Positions 27,407-36,411 of a stretch of DNA of 54,305 bases are shown here, in pieces. The notes under the pieces are model-generated. The model was not told the DNA's origin and did not search any database. It saw only the letters and a program-made list of their open reading frames with translations. Source of the stretch: Vulcanimicrobiota bacterium (GTDB lineage Bacteria > Vulcanimicrobiota > Vulcanimicrobiia > Eremiobacterales > Eremiobacteraceae). The position numbers were made by a program, and so were the translations under genes. Position 1 is the stretch's first letter. Each line of letters starts with the position of its first letter. The stretch spans positions 1 through 54,305 of the forward strand of contig JAFAHD010000007.1 of the NCBI GenBank assembly GCA_019237415.1, in the 5' to 3' direction.

Positions 27407-28104
27407 GCGCGGCCCCCAAAATAGACCTTCGATAACTGCTTCAGGTAGTTGACGATCTCCCCGCTATTGAGTTTGCTCGTCCCAGCAGTTCGGTCGGTGA
27501 AAACATATGGAATTTCCGTGACGCGCGAATACTTCCCTTTGAGAATCACTTCCAACCCGATCTTGAAACCGATGGGGTCGAGTTTCACGCCGTCGATGAC
27601 CGAGCGTTTGAAGAAGAAAAAACCCGACGTGATATCGCGCACGGACGTGAGCGGGCGTGCAAGCGCGATCGCGACACGCGACGTGATCTTGCGGCGCCAC
27701 GGCCAGTTGGTGATCCCACCGCCGGCGACATAACGGCTGCCGATCGCAAGCTCGCACTCGCCGCGGCGGATCGCGCCGATGAGTTTCGCGACGACCTCCG
27801 GGTCGTGGCTGAAATCCGCATCCATGACGCCCAGGATCGGGGACTGCGACGTCGCCCAGCCGTCGATGACGGCAGAAGCCAGCCCAAGCTTGCCCGCGCG
27901 GTGCACGCAGCGCACCGGATACTTTGCGGCGAGCGAATCGACCAGCGCGCCGGTGCCGTCCGGCGAATTATCGTCGACGATGACGATCTCGCCGCTGATG
28001 CCGGCCTCGTTGAAGACGTTCGTGACGGCGGCGATCAGCTTTTCGATGCCTTGCGCTTCATTATATGTGGGGATGACGACGGACACGTCGTAGGGGGCGG
28101 TCAT
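27403..28104 (-). CDS. GT2-family polyprenol-phosphate mannosyl/glycosyltransferase (Dpm1/Ppm1-like)
   Basis: ATG at 28104 gives MTAPYDVSVVIPTYNEAQGIEKL..., followed by IVDDNSPDGTG and MDADFSHDP. The upstream 73 codons of the track ORF are Arg-rich and implausible. Confidence 0.85.
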   Translation of the reverse strand: MTAPYDVSVVIPTYNEAQGIEKLIAAVTNVFNEAGISGEIVIVDDNSPDGTGALVDSLAAKYPVRCVHRAGKLGLASAVIDGWATSQSPILGVMDADFSHDPEVVAKLIGAIRRGECELAIGSRYVAGGGITNWPWRRKITSRVAIALARPLTSVRDITSGFFFFKRSVIDGVKLDPIGFKIGLEVILKGKYSRVTEIPYVFTDRTAGTSKLNSGEIVNYLKQLSKVYFGGRA

Positions 28105-28147
28105 TCGCTTGGGGCGTTCCTTTCGATGAAAACGGTCACCTTGGCCG

Positions 28148-28870
28148 TCACCACCAGCCGGCGGTCGACGCAAGCGCGGCGAGCATCGCGGCGGCTGCGG
28201 TCTCCGTGCGCAAGATGGTCGGGCCGAGCGAGACCAGCGCGCAGCGCGCCGCGCGCGCCGCCTCGACGTCGGCCGGCGCGAGCCCGCCTTCGGGTCCGAC
28301 CGCGAGCGCGATCTCGCGCGCATTGCCGCTTTCGCGCACGGCTTGCGCGAACGAGCCGGCGGGCGCGTCCTCGTACGCGACGATCGTCGGCCTCACGAGC
28401 GCGAGCGCGTGCGCCCACGGTGCGGCAGCGGTGATCACCGGGATATAGCGGCGCCGCGACTGCTGCGCTGCGGCACGAGCGATGCGCCGCCAGCGTTCGA
28501 TCTTCGCGTCACCGGCCTGGGCGTAGCTGCGCTCGCACATCGCGGGCACGATGCGCCGCGCACCGAGCTCGACCGTCTTCTCCACCACGTCGTCGAACTT
28601 CGTCCCTTTGGTGATCGCTTGGATGACGGTGGTTGCGACGGGCAGTTCGCCGCCCTGTTCGTCGCGCCGGCCGGTCAGCTCCGCGCGCGGCTGGCGACTG
28701 TCGCTTCCGCGCAGCGTCGCATCCCAAGCGACACCGTCGTTGATGACCACCAGCGCGTCGCCGTCGTGCAGCCGCAGCACGCGGGTCGCATGGTTCGTGT
28801 CCTCCGCGCCCAAGTCGACGAGCGCGCCAGCGCTGCACGGGGCATCCGTGAAGAAACGCGGTGCGTTCAT
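28148..28870 (-). CDS. rsmE: 16S rRNA (uracil1498-N3)-methyltransferase
   Basis: ATG at 28870 gives MNAPRFFTDA...HATRVLRLHDGDALVV. The C-terminal block LAVGPEGGLAPADVEAA...LGPTILRTETAA is a SPOUT knot. Confidence 0.85.
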   Translation of the reverse strand: MNAPRFFTDAPCSAGALVDLGAEDTNHATRVLRLHDGDALVVINDGVAWDATLRGSDSRQPRAELTGRRDEQGGELPVATTVIQAITKGTKFDDVVEKTVELGARRIVPAMCERSYAQAGDAKIERWRRIARAAAQQSRRRYIPVITAAAPWAHALALVRPTIVAYEDAPAGSFAQAVRESGNAREIALAVGPEGGLAPADVEAARAARCALVSLGPTILRTETAAAAMLAALASTAGWW

Positions 28871-29724
28871 GGCTTCTCGTGGACGTATGCGAACCATACG
28901 CCTTGCCGGTGCTCGCTGCAAAAGCGCAAGCCCGCGAGCGCGAACGCGGCGAGCAGCTCGAGCCGGTTGCGCGCGGTGACGCCGCTGCTGATCAGCGCTG
29001 CACCGCGCTTCAGATTTGCCGCCAAGGATTTCGCAAGGCCGGCGAGCGCCGGTGCGTCGATGTTCGCGACGATGAGGTCCGCGAGCGGAAACCGCTTGGG
29101 GATCTGATTCGCATGGACGATCGCCTCCGCGCGAACGCCGTTGCGCGAAAGATTGTCCAACGCAACGCGCACGGCAACGGCGTCGGCGTCGAACGCGAAG
29201 GACCGCGCGCCGCGCACGATCGCGGCCAAGGCGAGAACGCCACTGCCACAGCCTGCGTCTACAACGACATCGCCAGGCCGCACGCGTTCGAGCATCAGAC
29301 GCACCGCGAGCTGGGTGGTCGGGTGCCGGCCGGTGCCAAAGGCCATGCCCGGATCGAGCGTGAGCACCTCGGATCCACTCGGCGCCTTGAAGCTGGTATG
29401 CCACGTCGGGACGACGTACAAGTGATGCGCGAGGCGCAGCGGACCGTGATACTTCTTCCACTCATCAGCCCAATCGGCCGCCGCGACGGTCGTCTCGCGA
29501 AGGGCGCCGCGACGCAGAACGCCATCGCGCACGTGCGCCGCGATCAGTGGGCGCAGGCGGCGCATCGTTTTCGCGGCGGCGCTTTCCTTGAGATAGACGC
29601 TCACGGCTGCTGTCCGAGCGCCCTCGCGGTGGTCGGCTGCGACAAGCGCACCGCTCGCGCCCGCCAGCAACGCAGCGGCCCGGCCTGCATCGTCCGCTGC
29701 GACCTCGAGCGTGACGCGCCTCAA
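28867..29724 (-). CDS. prmA: ribosomal protein L11 methyltransferase
   Basis: LDPGMAFGTGRHPTTQL and VVDAGCGSGVLALAA are SAM-binding motifs. TTG at 29724, just after the dnaJ stop, is the preferred start. Confidence 0.85.
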   Translation of the reverse strand: MRRVTLEVAADDAGRAAALLAGASGALVAADHREGARTAAVSVYLKESAAAKTMRRLRPLIAAHVRDGVLRRGALRETTVAAADWADEWKKYHGPLRLAHHLYVVPTWHTSFKAPSGSEVLTLDPGMAFGTGRHPTTQLAVRLMLERVRPGDVVVDAGCGSGVLALAAIVRGARSFAFDADAVAVRVALDNLSRNGVRAEAIVHANQIPKRFPLADLIVANIDAPALAGLAKSLAANLKRGAALISSGVTARNRLELLAAFALAGLRFCSEHRQGVWFAYVHEKP

Positions 29725-29734
29725 TGGGTGCGCC

Positions 29735-30841
29735 TCACTCGTTGCCGAGCGCCCGCTTGACCTTCTTGAGGAGGCTCGGTTCCGGAATCGTTTCGCCGCC
29801 CGCTTTGGCATAGTCCTCAAGCAGCTCGCGCTGCTTGCGCGTGAGCCGCTCGGGCACGACGACGTTGATCTCGACGATTAGATCTCCGCGACCGCTCGAG
29901 CGAGCGCGCGCGAGCCCGCGACCGGGAATGCGAAAGCGCGTGCCGTTTTGCGTGCCGGCAGGGAGCTCGAGCGAGGCCACGCCGTCGAGCCCCTCGACCT
30001 CGAGCTTCGCGCCGAGCGCCGCCTGCGTGAATGACACGTCCGTCAGGCAATGCAGATTCGCGCCGTCGCGCTCGAAGACGTCATGCGGTTCGATCGTCAA
30101 GAAGACGTAGAGATCGCCGCTCGCAGCGCCGCGCTCGCCGGCTTCGCCGAGTCCGGCAAAGCGCAGGCGCGTGCCTTCCTCGACGCCCGCGGGCACCTTG
30201 ACCGTGAGCGTCTTCCTCATTTCCCGCCTGCCATGGCCGTGGCACGCGCGGCACGGGTTGGCGATGACGCCGCCGCTGCCGCCACAGCGCGGGCAGACGC
30301 CGGTCGTCACGAATTGTCCGAGCATCGTGTTGCGGGTCGAACGCACCTGGCCGCTGCCGCGGCACTGCGGGCACGTCACCGGCGCCGCCTTGTCGGCGGA
30401 TCCGGTTCCACCGCACGTCTCGCAGCGGCCGAGGTGCGTGTAGGTGATCTCGCGCTCCGCGCCGTCATGCACGTCCTCGAGCCCAATGCTCAGATCGTAG
30501 CGCAGGTCGGCGCCGCGCTGCGGTTGGCGCCGGCCGCGTCCGGCGCTGCCGAAAAACGCTTCGAACAGATCGCCGAACTGGGAGAAATCTCCGAAGTTGG
30601 GGATCCCCTGCCCGTCGGCGTGTCCGAAGCGGTCGTATTGCGCGCGTCGCTCACCGTCGGATAGCACCGCATACGCCTCGTTGATCTCCTTGAAACGCGC
30701 TTCAGCGGCGGCCTTGTCCGCGCTCGTGACCACATCAGGGTGGTGGCGGCGTGCGAGGTTGCGGTACGCGCGCTTGATGTCGGCCTCCGCCGCGTCGCGC
30801 GCAACGCCGAGCACCTCGTAATAGTCGCGTTTTGACGGCAT
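29735..30841 (-). CDS. dnaJ: molecular chaperone DnaJ
   Basis: The J-domain reads DYYEVLGV...HHPD. A G/F region and four CxxCxGxG zinc-finger repeats follow (CETCGGTG, CPQCRGSG, CPRCGGSG, CRACHGHG). Confidence 0.95.
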   Translation of the reverse strand: MPSKRDYYEVLGVARDAAEADIKRAYRNLARRHHPDVVTSADKAAAEARFKEINEAYAVLSDGERRAQYDRFGHADGQGIPNFGDFSQFGDLFEAFFGSAGRGRRQPQRGADLRYDLSIGLEDVHDGAEREITYTHLGRCETCGGTGSADKAAPVTCPQCRGSGQVRSTRNTMLGQFVTTGVCPRCGGSGGVIANPCRACHGHGRREMRKTLTVKVPAGVEEGTRLRFAGLGEAGERGAASGDLYVFLTIEPHDVFERDGANLHCLTDVSFTQAALGAKLEVEGLDGVASLELPAGTQNGTRFRIPGRGLARARSSGRGDLIVEINVVVPERLTRKQRELLEDYAKAGGETIPEPSLLKKVKRALGNE

Positions 30842-30842
30842 G

Positions 30843-31922
30843 CTACGCGGGCGTCTCGTTCTGGAACAACGTATTGAGGCTGTCCGCGACGTGACTGATC
30901 AGCGAGAGCAAGCGCGCGTATTGCATGCGGCGCGGCCCGAGCACGCCGAGCGCGCCGGCGGTGCGGTCGCCGACCTTGTACGGAATCGTGACGACGCTGC
31001 ACTCGTTCATGTCCGCGCTGCCAAGCTCGTGGCCGATGCTCACCGTCGCACCTTCGTGCTGCAGCGATTCTTGCAGCCAGCGATACAGCGTCTGCTGCTC
31101 CTCGAGCAGCTCCAAAATCGCGCGCAGCGTGCGGAAGTCGCGGAACTCTTGCTGGTCGAGCAGGTTGTTGGCGCCGCCCGCGAAGAGCCGGCGCTCGAGC
31201 TCGAGGTCGCCGTGCGTCGCGAACATCGCGGCGAGCGCGCGCAACAGCTCGGCCGGCAATGCGTTGTCGCGCGTGAGCTCGGTCAGCAAGGCCGCATTGA
31301 TCTCGTTCAAGCGCCGCCCCGCGAGCCGCGCGTTCAGCGTGTTGCACGCGCGCGTCAACTGGTCGGGATCGACCTCACGGGCGCTCTCGATGGTGGCCTG
31401 CGCCGCGGTGCCCAGCTCGGTGACGAGCACGACGTGCACGTGATGCGCGTTGACCCAGATGAGCTGCAAGTGGCGATAGGTCTGGCTATCGAGGCGTGGC
31501 GAGACGGCGAACGCGATGCTGCGCGTCAGATTCGACAGCACGTGCGACGCATGGTCGACGGCGCTGTCGAGCTGCGTGCGCGCGCGATGGATCTCAGTGC
31601 GGATGAGCTCGCGCTCTTCGGTGCCGAGCACTTCCGGTTGGATGAGACGGTCGACGTAGTATCGGTAGCCGAGATCAGACGGCACTCGACCGGCCGACGT
31701 GTGCGGCTGATCGAGATAGCCCTCATCTTCAAGTGCCGCCATCTCCGCGCGCACGGTGGCCGGACTCACGCCGAGATTGTATTTTTGCGTCAGCGTCGCC
31801 GAGCCGACGGGCTCACCCGTCGCGATATACTCATAGACGACCGTGCCGAGGATCGAGGTCTTGCGGCGGTCCAATTCCGGCGTGGGCGCAGGCTCGGAAG
31901 CTTTGTTTGTTTCTTTCGACAT
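30843..31922 (-). CDS. hrcA: heat-inducible transcription repressor HrcA
   Basis: The winged-helix N-terminus is ILGTVVYEYIATGEPVGSATLTQKYNLGVSPATVRAEMAALEDEGYLDQPHTSAGRVPS. ATG at 31922 is preferred because the track start (GTG 31940) lies inside the CIRCE palindrome. Confidence 0.9.
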   Translation of the reverse strand: MSKETNKASEPAPTPELDRRKTSILGTVVYEYIATGEPVGSATLTQKYNLGVSPATVRAEMAALEDEGYLDQPHTSAGRVPSDLGYRYYVDRLIQPEVLGTEERELIRTEIHRARTQLDSAVDHASHVLSNLTRSIAFAVSPRLDSQTYRHLQLIWVNAHHVHVVLVTELGTAAQATIESAREVDPDQLTRACNTLNARLAGRRLNEINAALLTELTRDNALPAELLRALAAMFATHGDLELERRLFAGGANNLLDQQEFRDFRTLRAILELLEEQQTLYRWLQESLQHEGATVSIGHELGSADMNECSVVTIPYKVGDRTAGALGVLGPRRMQYARLLSLISHVADSLNTLFQNETPA

Positions 31923-31926
31923 CGTT

Positions 31927-31953
31927 TTAGCAGTCGGCACAGGAGAGTGCTAA
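31927..31953 (-). promoter_or_regulatory. CIRCE operator (HrcA binding site)
   Basis: TTAGCAGTC-N9-GAGTGCTAA against the consensus TTAGCACTC-N9-GAGTGCTAA, one mismatch. It ends 4 nt upstream of the hrcA ATG. Confidence 0.8.
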
Positions 31954-32071
31954 TCCAGTGTACGGCGAAGCGCGAACGCGTCCCTTTCGCGGGACGGCTC
32001 TCACGTGGGGCTCACCGCCTTCTCACGCGCGATTTGGGCGCGGTCGAGCGCATCTGAGCGACAATGCTCGC

Positions 32072-32995
32072 ATGAGACGCCTCGCCGTATTTGTGGCCAT
32101 CCTGATGCTGTCAGGCTTGCGTCCCCTGCAAGGGTCCGCTGATGCGGCGAGCGGCTCACGTTCGACGATCGAAATCGGCGGCGCTCAGCGCGAGTACATC
32201 ATCCACGTGCCGCCGTCGTACGACCGAGTGCACGCAGTGCCTCTTGTGCTGGTTCTCCACGGCGGCGGCGGCGCAGCTGCGGGTATGGAGTCGCTGGCGG
32301 GAATGGACCCGGTCGCAGACAAGAATGATTTTATCGCGGTCTATCCGCAAGGCCTGAACCGTCATTGGAAGGACGGCCGCACGCCCGCGCTGAGCGGCGA
32401 CGACGACGTTGCGTTCATCCGCGCACTGATCGCGTCGCTTGAGGCCCAGTATCGCATCGATCCAAAACGCATCTACGCGACCGGCATCTCGAACGGCGCA
32501 TTCTTCTCGTTTCGGCTCGCGTGCGATCTGGGCGACGAAATCGCGGCGATTGCGCCCGTGGCAGGATCCTTAGCAGCGGGCTCCGCGCCGCACTGCAACG
32601 GCCCGGTGTCGATCATGATGATCAACGGCACGGCTGATCCGCTCGTGCTGTTCAATGGCGGCCCTGTCGCTGCAGCGATCGGCGGACAAGGCGAGTCGAT
32701 GCCGGTGTCGCAAGCGGCCTCGACGTGGGCGGCGATCGACGGTTGCGACCCCACGCCGTCGCGCGACACCTTACCGCAAGCGCAGCCGCCGGACGGCACG
32801 ACGACGCGTGTCCAAACCTTTAGTCGCTGCCGGGGCGGCTCTGCCGTGCTACTCTATACGATTGAGAACGGCGGACACACCTGGCCCGATGGCCCGCAGT
32901 ATCTGCCCGCGTTCATGATCGGCAAAGTCAGCCACGATTTCAACGCGGGCAGCGCGATCTGGGATTTCTTCGCCGCGCATCCGCGCGCGCTGTAG
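32072..32995 (+). CDS. secreted PHB-depolymerase-family esterase (LpqC-like alpha/beta hydrolase)
   Basis: ATG at 32072 gives the signal peptide MRRLAVFVAILMLSGL... Other motifs are VPLVLVLHGGGG, FIAVYPQG, the nucleophile elbow YATGISNGA, and GGHTWPDG. Confidence 0.8.
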   Translation: MRRLAVFVAILMLSGLRPLQGSADAASGSRSTIEIGGAQREYIIHVPPSYDRVHAVPLVLVLHGGGGAAAGMESLAGMDPVADKNDFIAVYPQGLNRHWKDGRTPALSGDDDVAFIRALIASLEAQYRIDPKRIYATGISNGAFFSFRLACDLGDEIAAIAPVAGSLAAGSAPHCNGPVSIMMINGTADPLVLFNGGPVAAAIGGQGESMPVSQAASTWAAIDGCDPTPSRDTLPQAQPPDGTTTRVQTFSRCRGGSAVLLYTIENGGHTWPDGPQYLPAFMIGKVSHDFNAGSAIWDFFAAHPRAL

Positions 32996-33001
32996 CGGCG
33001 C

Positions 33002-34957
33002 TCATAAGACTCGCTCCACATCGAGGAAGGCAGAGACCTCCTCGAGCGAGTGCACGCGCCGCGCAGGCGGCAGCGCTTCGAGGATGCGCCGGCCGTAGGC
33101 CATGGTTTCGAGCCGCCCGTCGAGCACGCACATCAGGCCTCGATCCGAACGGCAGCGGATAAGCCGCCCCAACCCTTGTTTAAGCCGCGTGATCGCGGCA
33201 GGCACCATGAGCGCGTCGAACGCGCTCGCGCCGTGCGTCTCCAACATCTGGGAACGGGCTGCGATGACCGGATCATCGGGCGGCGGAAATGGGATGCGAT
33301 CGACGATCACGCACGACAGCGAGTCGCCGATGACGTCGACCCCTTCCCAAAACGACGCCGTGGCGAAGAGCACCGGCGCCTTCTCCGCCCGAAACCACTC
33401 GAGGATCTGCGATTTGGGCGATTCGCCTTGCACGCGGCACGGGAAGGGCAGCGCCGGCACCATCGCTGCGGCGACTTCGCGCATCACTGCGTACGACGTG
33501 AACAGGACGAACGCGCGGCCGTGCGTGGCGCGCAGCACGCCGTCGATGATGCCGATCGCGCGGCGTGCAAACCGGGGATCTTTCGGGTTGAGCCGCTCGG
33601 GCGGCAGATAGAGCATCGCTTGCGTGCCGAAGTCAAACGGCGACTCGAGCACCAGCTCATCCACCGGCGTCTGCTCGAGACCGACCTGGCGCCGCAGGTA
33701 TTCGAAGTCGCCGGCAGTGGCGATCGTCGCCGACGTCATGACAACGCAGCGCGTGTTGTCGAACAGCCGCTCGCGCAGCGTCGGAGCCACGGTGACCGGC
33801 GCACAGACGGCGGCGTACGAATCCCGGCGCTCGCTCTCGCGCTCGACCCAGCAAATGTAGCCGTCGAGGTTGAGCCGCAGGCGCTCGATGGTTTGCGCCA
33901 TCGACGCGACCGCGCTGGAGAGCAGGTCCCGCCGGCGCTCGAGCGCCGCTTCACCGAGCTGCGGAAAGCGCGCGCCGCGCAACCAATGCTCGGCGATCCA
34001 ATTCTCGGTGCGATACAGCGCGCGCTGGAGCGGATCCAGCAGCGCGATCGCGCGCGCGTTCTTGTCAAGCGGATAGCGCCCGACGGGACCGTCTGCGAGC
34101 GCAGCGCCGAAGTCGTCCGCCGCCATGGACAGCTCTGCCTTGAGCACATCCTTGAACGCGTAGGCGCGCTCGATCTTCGCGAGCAGCCGTGCGACGCCGG
34201 CGCGCGAAAGCGCGCTCGAGAAGGCGGCCGTCGCCCACTCTTCGATCTGGTGAGCCTCATCGAGCACGGCGTAATCGTACGGCGGAAGCAATCCGCCGCC
34301 GCTGGCAAGATCGATGAAGAACAGCGCGTGATTGACGACGACGATATCCGCGTGGCGCGCCGCCTCGCGCGCGCGCATGTGATGGCAGCGTTCCGGGCCG
34401 AAGAACGAGCAGGCCTCCATCAGGCAGTCGTCGGCGTCGGTGTCCACGTCGCGCCATAATGCGTCGGCTGGGATGAAATCCAATTCTGCGCGATCGCCCG
34501 TGTCGGTGCGGCCGGCCCAGCGAAACAGCTCCCGTTCCTGTCCATCCAGTCCGAGCGTCAGCCGTTTGCGCAGCGTCTCGAGCTTGTCGCGGCAAACATA
34601 GTTGTGCCGGCCTTTGAGCACGACGACCCGCACAGACTCCTTCGAGCGCGTCCGATCGAACGCGCTCGAGCGCTCCAACGCGCCGAGCAGCAACGGGATG
34701 TCTTTGGTGAGCAGCTGCTCTTGCAGCGCGAGGGTCGCCGTCGAGATGACGACGCGCTGGCCCGACAAGATCGCGGGCACGAGGTAACCGAGCGACTTGC
34801 CCGTGCCCGTGCCCGCTTCGACCATGACGTGCACGTGCTCGAGCAGCCCGCGGTTGACGAGCTTCGCCATTTCGATCTGCGCCGGCCGGCGCTCGTATCC
34901 GGTCAGTGTCTGCGCGACAAGGCCGCGCGGGCCCAAGACGTCGTCTATGGTCAGCAT
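33002..34957 (-). CDS. dinG: ATP-dependent DNA helicase, DinG/Rad3 (XPD-like) family
   Basis: Walker A is EAGTGTGKSLGYLVPA and the DEAH box is VLDEAHQIEEW. C-terminal helicase motifs are present (FTSY, GVDV.G, ..LKQGLGRLIR). Confidence 0.85.
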   Translation of the reverse strand: MLTIDDVLGPRGLVAQTLTGYERRPAQIEMAKLVNRGLLEHVHVMVEAGTGTGKSLGYLVPAILSGQRVVISTATLALQEQLLTKDIPLLLGALERSSAFDRTRSKESVRVVVLKGRHNYVCRDKLETLRKRLTLGLDGQERELFRWAGRTDTGDRAELDFIPADALWRDVDTDADDCLMEACSFFGPERCHHMRAREAARHADIVVVNHALFFIDLASGGGLLPPYDYAVLDEAHQIEEWATAAFSSALSRAGVARLLAKIERAYAFKDVLKAELSMAADDFGAALADGPVGRYPLDKNARAIALLDPLQRALYRTENWIAEHWLRGARFPQLGEAALERRRDLLSSAVASMAQTIERLRLNLDGYICWVERESERRDSYAAVCAPVTVAPTLRERLFDNTRCVVMTSATIATAGDFEYLRRQVGLEQTPVDELVLESPFDFGTQAMLYLPPERLNPKDPRFARRAIGIIDGVLRATHGRAFVLFTSYAVMREVAAAMVPALPFPCRVQGESPKSQILEWFRAEKAPVLFATASFWEGVDVIGDSLSCVIVDRIPFPPPDDPVIAARSQMLETHGASAFDALMVPAAITRLKQGLGRLIRCRSDRGLMCVLDGRLETMAYGRRILEALPPARRVHSLEEVSAFLDVERVL

Positions 34958-35032
34958 GCGAACAGGCGTTCGCTATTCGCATACCCCCGCGGCCGCGCCT
35001 CTCGCGCCGCGGCACTGGCCGCGCCGCGAAGG

Positions 35033-35245
35033 TTAGAGCGAGTCCCAATCCTTGCGCTGCGCGCGGCGCCGCTCGAGCTTCCGCTTTCGCTCGACGAGCG
35101 TTTCGCTCACCTGCGCTTGCGTGTTGACGGGAAGCATCGGGCGTGCGGCGCGCCGACGCTGCACCTCGAGCTTCTCTCGCGCGTGCGCGACGCGCTTGCG
35201 GGTGCTCGGACGTTTGGATCTACGCTGCTTCTTGCCGCGTGACAT
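35033..35245 (-). CDS. possible small highly basic protein (about 70 aa)
   Basis: MSRGKKQRRSKRPSTRKRVAHAREKLEVQRRR... lies upstream of and co-directional with dinG. No recognisable family, and it could be spurious in GC-rich DNA. Confidence 0.3.
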   Translation of the reverse strand: MSRGKKQRRSKRPSTRKRVAHAREKLEVQRRRAARPMLPVNTQAQVSETLVERKRKLERRRAQRKDWDSL

Positions 35246-35304
35246 CAATGCGTGCGTTAACGGGCGAAGGCGCGTGCGCCTGCCCATCAGAATAGCGCAC
35301 AGTC

Positions 35305-36411
35305 ATGAAGATGAGTACGGCGGCGAAGACCGAGCCGCCGCGCGCTGGCGCGTTGCCGAAGACGATGCGCGCGCTGGTCAAGGAACGGCCGGGCCCCGGC
35401 ATGTCGCTGCGCGAGGTCCCGGTGCCCGCCATCGGCCCGACCGACGTCCTGATCCGCGTGCGCCGCGCCGGCATCTGCGGCACCGATCTGCACATCTGGG
35501 AATGGGATAAGTGGGCGCAAAGCCGCATCGTGCCGCCGGTCATCGTCGGACACGAGTTCATGGGCACCGTCGCCGCAGTTGGCAACGCCGTGCGCGGTAT
35601 CGAAGCCGGCGAGCGCGTCAGCGCTGAGGGTCACGTGGTGGACGGCACGTGTTTGCTGTGCCGAACCGGGCAAGCCAATCTGTGCGAGCGCGTGCAGATC
35701 ATCGGCGTCGATCGCGACGGCTGCTTCGCCGACTACATCGCGATGCCTGAAGAGAACGTCTGGCGATTGGACGCCGCCGTGCCGGATGACTGGGCTGCGG
35801 TTTTCGATCCGCTCGGCAATGCCGTGCACACGGTGATGACCGCCGATGTCAGCATCAAGAGCGTCGTCATCACCGGCGTCGGCTCGATCGGCTTGATGGC
35901 GATTCCGGTCGCGCGTGCGGCCGGCGCCGCAAAGGTCATCGCGATCGACATCAATCCGCACAAGTTGGAGCTGGCCCGCACGCTCGGCGCCGATGAGGTC
36001 TTCGATTCGCGCTTGGCCGGGGTGCGCGACCGCGTGCTCGCTCTCACGAACGGTGACGGCGCCGACGTCCTGCTCGAGATGAGTGGGAATGGTGCCGCCC
36101 TCGACCTCGGCCTGAGCATGGTGCGCAACGGCGGCCGCGCCGCGCTGCTCGGCTTGCCGTCCGACACGGTCAACATCAAGCTGGCCGAGCACATCATCTT
36201 CAAGGGCCTCACGGTGTTCGGGATCTTCGGGCGCAAGATGTTCGAGACGTGGTATCAGATGCAGGCGCTCGTGAAGAGCCGGCGCATCGATCTCGCGCCG
36301 ATCATCACCCACGTGCTGCCGCTCGAGCGTTTCGAGGAGAGCTTCGCGATGCTCAAGGACGGCAGCGCGGTGAAGATCGTCCTGGATTTGAGCGGCGGCA
36401 TCACCGCGTGA
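35305..36411 (+). CDS. tdh: L-threonine 3-dehydrogenase (zinc-dependent MDR family)
   Basis: LIRVRRAGICGTDLHIWEWDKWAQSRI, GHEFMGTV and GVGSIGLMA are present. An alternative start at ATG 35365 (MRALVK...) is equally plausible. Confidence 0.9.
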   Translation: MKMSTAAKTEPPRAGALPKTMRALVKERPGPGMSLREVPVPAIGPTDVLIRVRRAGICGTDLHIWEWDKWAQSRIVPPVIVGHEFMGTVAAVGNAVRGIEAGERVSAEGHVVDGTCLLCRTGQANLCERVQIIGVDRDGCFADYIAMPEENVWRLDAAVPDDWAAVFDPLGNAVHTVMTADVSIKSVVITGVGSIGLMAIPVARAAGAAKVIAIDINPHKLELARTLGADEVFDSRLAGVRDRVLALTNGDGADVLLEMSGNGAALDLGLSMVRNGGRAALLGLPSDTVNIKLAEHIIFKGLTVFGIFGRKMFETWYQMQALVKSRRIDLAPIITHVLPLERFEESFAMLKDGSAVKIVLDLSGGITA

